A DNA stretch of 64,000 bases from Yuukianura sp. NJ FZ-2021 (taxonomy: Eukaryota): positions 10,602,001 to 10,666,000 of the forward strand of contig CM102287.1 of assembly GCA_046563655.1 (NCBI GenBank). The letters are read 5' to 3'. Below are positions 56,481 to 64,000 of the stretch, piece after piece. Position numbers and translations under genes: made by a program. Under the pieces are notes generated by a model, which was given only the letters and a program-made list of their open reading frames with translations, ran no database searches and had not been told where the DNA came from. Position 1 is the stretch's first letter. Every line of letters starts with the position of its first letter.

Positions 56481-56487
56481 TCCTCAC

Positions 56488-57560
56488 AAATCGTCCTCCC
56501 CGATCTCACATGAAATGGGCAATTACCCTCATACATCGACCTCCCCGATCTCACATGAAATGGACAATTACCCTCACAGATCGCCCTCCCCGATCTCAAG
56601 GGAAATGGCCAATTACCCTCAGACATCGCCCTCCCCGATCTCAAGGGAAATGGCCAATTACCCTCAGACATCGCCCTCCCCGATCTCAAGGGAAATGGCC
56701 AATTACCCTTAGACATCGCCCTCTCCGATCTCAAGGGAAATAGCCAATTACCCTCAGACATCGCCTTCCCCGATCTCAAAAGAAATGGCCAATTACCCTC
56801 AGACATCGCCCTCCCCGATCTCAAGGGAAATGGCCAATTACCCTCAGACATCGCCCTCCCCGATCTCAAGGGAAATGGCCAATTACCCTCAGACATCGCC
56901 CTCCCCGATCTCAAGGGAAATGGCCAATTACCCTCAGACATCGCCATCCCCGATCTCAAGGGAAATGGCCAATTACCCTCAGACATCGCCCTCCCCGATC
57001 TCAAGGGAAATAGCCAATTACCCTCAGACATCGCCTTCCCCGATCTCAAGGGAAATGGCCAATTACCCTCAGACATCGCCCTCCCCGATCTCAAGGGAAA
57101 TGGCCAATGACCCTCAGACATCGCCCTCCCCGATCTCTAGGGAAATGGCCAATGACCCTCAGACATCGCCCTCCCCGATCTCTAAGGAAATGGCCAATTA
57201 CACTCAGACATCGCCCTCCCCGATCTCTAGGGAAATGGCCAATTACACTCAGACATCGCCCTCCCCGATCTCTAGGGAAATGGCCAATTACACTCAGACA
57301 TCGCCCTCCCCGATCTCTAGGGAAATGGCCAATTACCCTCAGACATCGCCCTCCCCGATCTCAAGGGAAATGGCCAATTACCATCAGACATCGCCCTCCC
57401 CGATCTCAAGGGAAATGGCCAATTACCATCAGACATCGCCCTCCCCGATCTCAAGGGAAATGGCCAATTACCATCAGACATCGCCCTCCCCGATCTCAAG
57501 GGAAATGGCCAATTACCATCAGACATCGCCCTCCCCGATCTCAAATGAAATGGACAATTG
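56488..57560. repeat. 45-bp minisatellite (~24 copies)
   Basis: Unit GGAAATGGCCAATTACCCTCAGACATCGCCCTCCCCGATCTCAAG. Confidence 0.97.
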
Positions 57561-57564
57561 CTAT

Positions 57565-58550
57565 ATGCAGCCGCGTTGCAGCTTGACTAGGATATGGACG
57601 TTATAGAGCGTCAAATTGTGCAACTTTTGACACCAACTGCAGAAAAAAATAAGGGGCCTTTATTTGGAGATATTTCCGTTTAAAGTTTCCAAGATGTTTT
57701 TTCCTTAGTTTCTGCCACTTTTATCCATGAACCAGCCGCGTTGGAGGTTGGCCAATATATGCATGTTATAGAGCGTCAAATTGTACAACTTTTGACAGCA
57801 ACTGCACACAAAAATAAGGGGACTTTATTTGGAGAAATTTGCGTTTAAAGTTTCCAAGATGTTTTTTCCCAGGTTCTGCGACTTTTATCCATGAACCAGC
57901 CGCGTTGGAGCTTGACCAGTATATGCATGTTGTAGAGCGTCAAATTGTGCAACTTTTGACACCAACTGCAGAAAAAAATAAGGGGCCTTTATTTGGAGAT
58001 ATTTGCGTTTAAAGTTTCCAAGATGTTTTTTCCTTAGTTTCTGCCACTTTTATCCATGAACCAGCCTCGTTGGAGCTTGGCCAATATATGCATGTTGTAG
58101 AGCGTCAAATTGTGCAACTTTTGACACCAACTGCAGAAAAAAATAAGGGGCCTTTATTTGGAGATATTTGCGTTTAAAGTTTCCAAGATGTTTTCTCCCA
58201 GTTTCTGCCACTTTTATCCATGAACCAGCCGCGTTGGAGCTTGGCCAATATATGCATGTTGTAGAGCGTCAAATTGTGCAACTTTTGACACCAACTGCAG
58301 AAAAAAATAAGGGGCCTTTATTTGGAGATATTTGCGTTTAAAGTTTCCAAGATGTTTTTTTCCCAGTTTCTGCCACTTTTATCCATGAACCAGCCGCGTT
58401 GGAGCTTGGCCAATATATGCATGTTGTAGAGCGTCAAATTGTGCAACTTTTGACACCAACTGCAGAAAAAAATAAGGGGCCTTTATTTGGAGATATTTGC
58501 GTTTAAAGTTTCCAAGATGTTTTCTGCCAGTTTCTGCCACTTTTATCCAT
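57565..58550. repeat. 164-165-bp satellite (~6 copies)
   Basis: 'ccatgaaccagc' at 57725, 57889, 58054, 58218 and 58383. Confidence 0.97.
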
Positions 58551-58554
58551 GCCC

Positions 58555-60520
58555 AAATGTCTCGAAATCGCCTGGTGTTACGTGGCAACGCCCCACATTT
58601 TGAACTCAAAATCTATGAGGAACAAGTGCAAAAAGTTGGGAGAATCGTTCCCTGGAAAAAGTCGAAATATCTCGGGAACGCGTGGTGTTACGAGGGAACG
58701 CCTTACATTTTTGAACTCAGCGACCAAAAATCTATGAGGAACAAGTGCAAAAAGTTGGGAGAACCGTTTCCTGGAAAAAGTCGAAATATCTCGGGAACGC
58801 GTGGTGTTACAAGGGAACGCCTTACATTTTTGAACTCAGCGACCAAAAATCTATCAGGAACAAATGCAAAAAGTTGGGAGAACCGTTTGTTGGAAAAAAT
58901 CGAAATATCTCGGGAACGCGTGGTGTTACGAGGGAACGCCTTACATTTTTGAACTCAGCGACCAAAAATCTATCAGGAACAAATGCAAAAAATTGGGAGA
59001 ACCGTTTCCTGGAGAAAATCGAAATATCTCGGGAACGCGTGGTGTTACGAGGGAACGCCTTACATTTTTGAACTCAGCGACCGAAAATCTATCAGGAACA
59101 AGTGCAAAAACTTGGGAGAACCGTTTCCTGGAAAAAGTCGAAATATCTCGGGAACGCGTGGTGTTACGAGGGAACGCCTTACATTTTTGAACTCAGCGAC
59201 CAAAAATCTATCAGGAACAAATGCAAAAAGTTGGGAGAACTGTTTCATGGAAAAAGTCGAAATATTTCGGGAACGCGTGGTGTTACGAGGGAACGCCTTA
59301 CATTTTTGAACTCAGCGACCAAAAATCTATCAGGAACAAATGCAAAAAGTTGGGAGAACCGTTTCCTGGAAAAAGTCGTAATATCTCGGGAACGCGTAAT
59401 GTTACTTGAAACGCCTTACATTTTTGAACTCAGCGACCAAAAATCTATGAGGAACAGGTGCAAAAAGTTGGGAGAACCGTTTCCTGGAAAAAGTCGAAAT
59501 ATCTCGGGAACGCGTGGTCTTACGAGGGAACGCTTTACATTTTTGAACTCAGCGACCAAAAATCTATCAGGAACAAGTGCAAAAAGTTAAGAGAACCGTT
59601 TCCTGTAAAAAGTCGAAATATCTCGGGAACGCGTGGTGTTACGAGGGAACGCCTTACATTTTTGAACTCAGCGACCAAAAATCTATGAGGAACAAGTGCA
59701 AAAAGTTGGGAGAACCGTTTCCTGGAAAAAGTCGAAATATCTCGGGAACGCGTGGTGTTACAAGGGAACGCCTTACATTTTTGAACTCAGCGACCAAAAA
59801 TCTATCAGGAACAAGTGCAAAAAGTTAAGAGAACCGTTTGCTGTAAAAACTCGAAATATCTCGGGAGCGCGTGGTGTTACAAGGGAACGCCTTACATTTT
59901 TGAACTCAGCGACCAAAAATCTATGAGGAACAAGTGCAAAAAGTTTGGAGAACCGTTCCCTGTGAAAAGTCGTAATATCTCGGGAACGCGTAATGTTACT
60001 TGGAAACGCCTTACATTTTTGAACTCAGCGACCAAAAATCTATGAGGAACAGGTGCAAAAAGTTGGGAGAACCGTTTCCTGCAAAAAGTCGACATATCTC
60101 GGGAACGCGTGGTCTTACGAGGGAACGCCTTACATTTTTGAACTCAGCGACCAAAAATCTATCAGGAACAAGTGCAAAAAGTTAAGAGAACCGTTTCCTG
60201 TAAAAAGTCGAAATATCTCGGGAACGCGTGGTGTTACGAGGGAACGCCTTACATTTTTGAACTCAGCGACCAAAAATCTATGAGGAACAAGTGCAAAAAG
60301 TTGGGAGAACCGTTTCCTGGAAAAAGTCGAAATATCTCGGGAACGCGTGGTGTTACGAGGAAACGCCTTACATTTTTGAACTCAGCGACCAAAAATCTAT
60401 CAGGAACAAATGCAAAAAGTTGGGAGAACCGTTCCCTGTGAAAAATCGTAATATCTCAGGAACGCGTGGTGTTACGTGGGAACGCCTTACATTTTTGAAC
60501 TCAGCGACCAAAATCTATCA
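58555..60520. repeat. 119-bp satellite (~16-17 copies)
   Basis: The period of 119 is visible in the repeated ORF starts at 58745, 58864, 58983, 59102 and 59221. Confidence 0.97.
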
Positions 60521-60579
60521 GAATGCAGCCCAAAGAAGTGGAAAATGCGTTCCGTCTTAAGAGTCCAGTTTAAATGAAA

Positions 60580-61435
60580 GTTTTTTTTCCAGTTTCTGCC
60601 ATTTTTATCTATGAACCAGCCGCGTTGGAGCTTGGCCAATATATGCATGTTGTAGAGCGTCAAATTGTGCAACTTTTGACATCAACTGCAGAAAAAAATA
60701 AGGGGCCTTTATTTGGAGATATTTGCGTTTAAAGTTTCCAAGATGTTTTTTTCCCAGTTTCTGCCACTTTTATCCATGAACCAGCCGCGTTGGAGCTTGG
60801 CCAATATATGCATGTTGTAGAGCGTCAAATTGTGCAACTTTTGACACCAACTGCAGAAAAAAATAAGGGGCCTTTATTTGGAGATATTTGCGTTTAAAGT
60901 TTCCAAGATGTTTTCTCCCAGTTTCTGCCACTTTTATCCATGAACCAGCCGCGTTGGAGCTTGGCCAATATATGCATGTTGTAGAGCGTCAAATTGTGCA
61001 ACTTTTGACACCAACTGCAGAAAAAAATAAGGGGCCTTTATTTGGAGATATTTGCGTTTAAAGTTTCCAAGATGTTTTTTTCCCAGTTTCTGCCACTTTT
61101 ATCCATGAACCAGCCGCGTTGGAGCTTGGCCAATATATGCATGTTGTAGAGCGTCAAATTGTGCAACTTTTGACACCAACTGCAGAAAAAAATAAGGGGC
61201 CTTTATTTGGAGATATTTGCGTTTAAAGTTTCCAAGATGTTTTCTCCCAGTTTCTGCCACTTTTATCCATGAACCAGCCGCGTTGGAGCTTGGCCAATAT
61301 ATGCATGTTGTAGAGCGTCAAATTGTGCAACTTTTGACACCAACTACAGAAAAAAATAAGGGGCCTTTATTCGGAGATATTTGCGTTTAAAGTTTCCAAG
61401 ATGTTTTCTGCCAGTTTCTGCCACTTTTATCCATG
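60580..61435. repeat. 164-165-bp satellite (~5 copies)
   Basis: Same unit as 57565-58550. Confidence 0.95.
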
Positions 61436-61439
61436 CCCA

Positions 61440-62811
61440 AATGTCTCGAAATCGCCTGGTGTTACGTGGCAACGCCCCACATTTTGAACTCAAAATCTAT
61501 GAGGAACAAGTGCAAAAAGTTGGGAGAATCGTTCCCTGGAAAAAGTCGAAATATCTCGGGAACGCGTGGTGTTACGAGGGAACGCCTTACATTTTTGAAC
61601 TCAGCGACCAAAAATCTACGAGGAACAAGTGCAAAAAGTTGGGAGAACCGTTTCCTGGAAAAAGTCGAAATATCTCGGGAACGCGTGGTGTTACAAGGGA
61701 ACGCCTTACATTTTTGAACTCAGCGACCAAAAATCTATCAGGAACAAATGCAAAAAGTTGGGAGAACCGTTTGTTGGAAAAAATCGAAATATCTCGGGAA
61801 CGCGTGGTGTTACGAGGGAACGCCTTACATTTTTGAACTCAGCGACCAAAAATCTATCAGGAACAAATGCAAAAAATTGGGAGAACCGTTTCCTGGAAAA
61901 AATCGAAATATCTCGGGAACGCGTGGTGTTACGAGGGAACGCCTTACATTTTTGAACTCAGCGACCAAAAATCTATCAGGAACAAATGCAAAAAGTTGGG
62001 AGAACCGTTTCCTGGAAAAAGTCGAAATATCTCGGGAACGCGTGGTGTTACGAGGGAACGCCTTACATTTTTGAACTCAGCGACCAAAAATCTATCAGGA
62101 ACAAATGCAAAAAGTTGGGAGAACCGTTTCCTGGAAAAAGTCGTAATATCTCGGGAACGCGTAATGTTACTTGGAAACGCCTTACATTTTTGAACTCAGC
62201 GACCAAAAATCTATGAGGAACAGGTGCAAAAAGTTGGGAGAACCGTTTCCTGGAAAAAGTCGAAATATCTCGGGAACGCGTGGTCTTACGAGGGAACGCT
62301 TTACATTTTTGAACTCAGCGACCAAAAATCTATCAGGAACAAGTGCAAAAAGTTAAGAGAACCGTTTCCTGTAAAAAGTCGAAATATCTCGGGAACGCGT
62401 GGTGTTACGAGGGAACGCCTTACATTTTTGAACTCAGCGACCAAAAATCTATCAGGAACAAATGCAAAAAGTTGGGAGAACCGTTTCCTGGAAAAAGTCG
62501 AAATATCTCGGGAACGCGTGGTGTTACGAGGAAACGCCTTACATTTTTGAACTCAGCGACCAAAAATCTATGAGGAACAAGTGCAAAAAGTTAAGAGAAC
62601 CGTTTCCTGGAAAAAGTCGAAATATCTCGGGAACGCGTGGTGTTACGAGGAAACGCCTTACATTTTTGAACTCAGCGACCAAAAATCTATCAGGAACAAA
62701 TGCAAAAAGTTGGGAGAACCGTTCCCTGTGAAAAATCGTAATATCTCAGGAACGCGTGGTGTTACGTGGGAACGCCTTACATTTTTGAACTCAGCGACCA
62801 AAAATCTATCA
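61440..62811. repeat. 119-bp satellite (~11-12 copies)
   Basis: Same unit and same entry/exit junctions as 58555-60520. Confidence 0.95.
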
Positions 62812-62869
62812 GAATGCAGCCCAAAGAAGTGGAAAATGCGTTCCGTCTTAAGAGTCCAGTTTAAATGAA

Positions 62870-63075
62870 AGTTTTTTTTCCAGTTTCTGCCATTTTTATC
62901 TATGAACCAGCCGCGTTGGAGCTTGGCCAATATGTACATGTTGTAGTGCGTCAAATTGTGCAACTTTTGACACCAACTGCAGAAAAAAATAAGGGGTCTT
63001 TATCTGGAGAAATTTGCGTTTAAAGTTGCCAACATGGTTTTTTTTTTCAGTTTCTGCCACTTTTATCCATAAAGC
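62870..63075. repeat. 164-165-bp satellite, ~1 diverged copy
   Basis: gaaccagccgcgttggagcttggccaata...tttctgccacttttatccat. Confidence 0.85.
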
Positions 63076-63259
63076 AGACGCGCTAGAGCTTAGAAATACC
63101 TGCATTTTTGGTGTTTTGAAATTTCGAAAAATTTCCACTTTTCATACCACATCGTCCTACGGAATTTGATGCCAAAATTTGAAAAACAAAACAAAAGAAG
63201 TACAGAAAAAGAATCACATCATCAAGATTTTCTCAACTTTTTCACCCCTTTTTCACTCT

Positions 63260-64000
63260 TTCCGTTACAAAGTTGTGAATTTTTAAAGTTTTTTGAATTT
63301 TGAAATTAAGTTTGAATGGAGGAAAAGTTGAGGGATTAGCCCATTCAAAAGTCATCACTTTTCGATTCAACTTTTTCATCCCCCCACAAACACTCATTTT
63401 TGGCAGTTTTTCACTTCAAAAAATTTCCACTTTGCAGCGATTTCTGTGGCTCCAGCGCTCGGATCTAGTCATACGACATGGTCCTAAACAATTTGAGGTC
63501 AAAATTTTAAAAAATAAAAAACGAGAAGTATAGAAAAAAAACACAGCATCAAAATTTTGACAGCTTGAGGGTGCTTTTTAGAATTTTTTAAAAATTCTAC
63601 ACATTTTTCTGAATTCAGGCGTGTAGAGTAAAATTCTCAATGTCTTTCCGTTAAAAAGTTATGAATTTTTAAAGTTTTTTGAATTTTGAAATTAAGTTTG
63701 AATGGAGGAAAAGTTGAGGGATTAGCCCATTCAAAAGTCATCACTTTTCGATTCAACTTTTTCATCCCCCACAAACACTCATTTTTGGCAGTTTTTCACT
63801 TCAAAAAATTTCCACTTTGCAGCGATTTCTGTGGCTCCAGCGCTCGGATCTAGTCATACGACATGGTCCTAAACAATTTGAGGTCAAAATTTTAAAAAAT
63901 AAAAAACGAGAAGTATAGAAAAAAAGCACAGCATCAAAATTTTGACAGCTTGAGGGTGCTTTTTAGAATTTTTTAAAAATTCTACACATTTTTCTGAATT
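63260..64000. repeat. ~386-bp tandem repeat (~2 copies, runs off the window end)
   Basis: 'tgaaattaagtttgaatggagg' at 63301 and 63687, with the downstream sequence nearly identical. Confidence 0.9.

Noticed and set aside
56410..57606. Long repetitive ORFs (MANYPQTSPSPISRE)n and their antisense equivalents
   Set aside because: They are a by-product of a 45-bp (3n) unit that is open in several frames on both strands. One copy carries a stop, there is no splice or promoter context, and the array is embedded in satellite.
58379..63138. Dozens of 60-160-aa ORFs (MQKVGRTVSWKK...)
   Set aside because: These are translations of the 119- and 164-bp satellites. The frames rotate with each unit and show no domain signal.

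Overview
Gene-dense eukaryotic DNA, not prokaryotic. Introns are mostly ~50-100 nt and GT-AG, and the gene set is arthropod/pancrustacean-like; the species cannot be assigned from this window. Bases 1-56 kb hold about 23 spliced protein-coding genes: ELOVL, TMUB, a Myb/SANT-like gene, eIF4B, Lasp, BRWD3, DHDDS, ANKRD49, a DLGAP/vulcan-like gene, PPP1R11, MCEE, a COX14-like gene, DARS1, two C-type lectins, CELF, MFSD6, a GMC oxidoreductase, SUOX, a TXNL1-like gene, KIF23, ATP6V1F and a single-pass membrane protein. This part also has an intron-containing tRNA-Thr(AGT) and several MITEs. From ~56.1 kb the window switches abruptly to a composite satellite block with 164-165, 45, 119 and ~386 bp units. 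The most notable observations are: (i) a family of palindromic or duplicated promoter modules carrying E2F-like + CHR-like motifs at divergent gene pairs, including a ~140-bp near-identical copy 23 kb apart inside a large inverted duplication; (ii) the tRNA-Thr with a 10-nt intron; (iii) a COX14/MCEE tandem with an unpaired splice acceptor; (iv) an intact orphan Harbinger-type Myb gene in a TE island between duplicated promoter cores. Gene models were built by eye, so some terminal exons are approximate.
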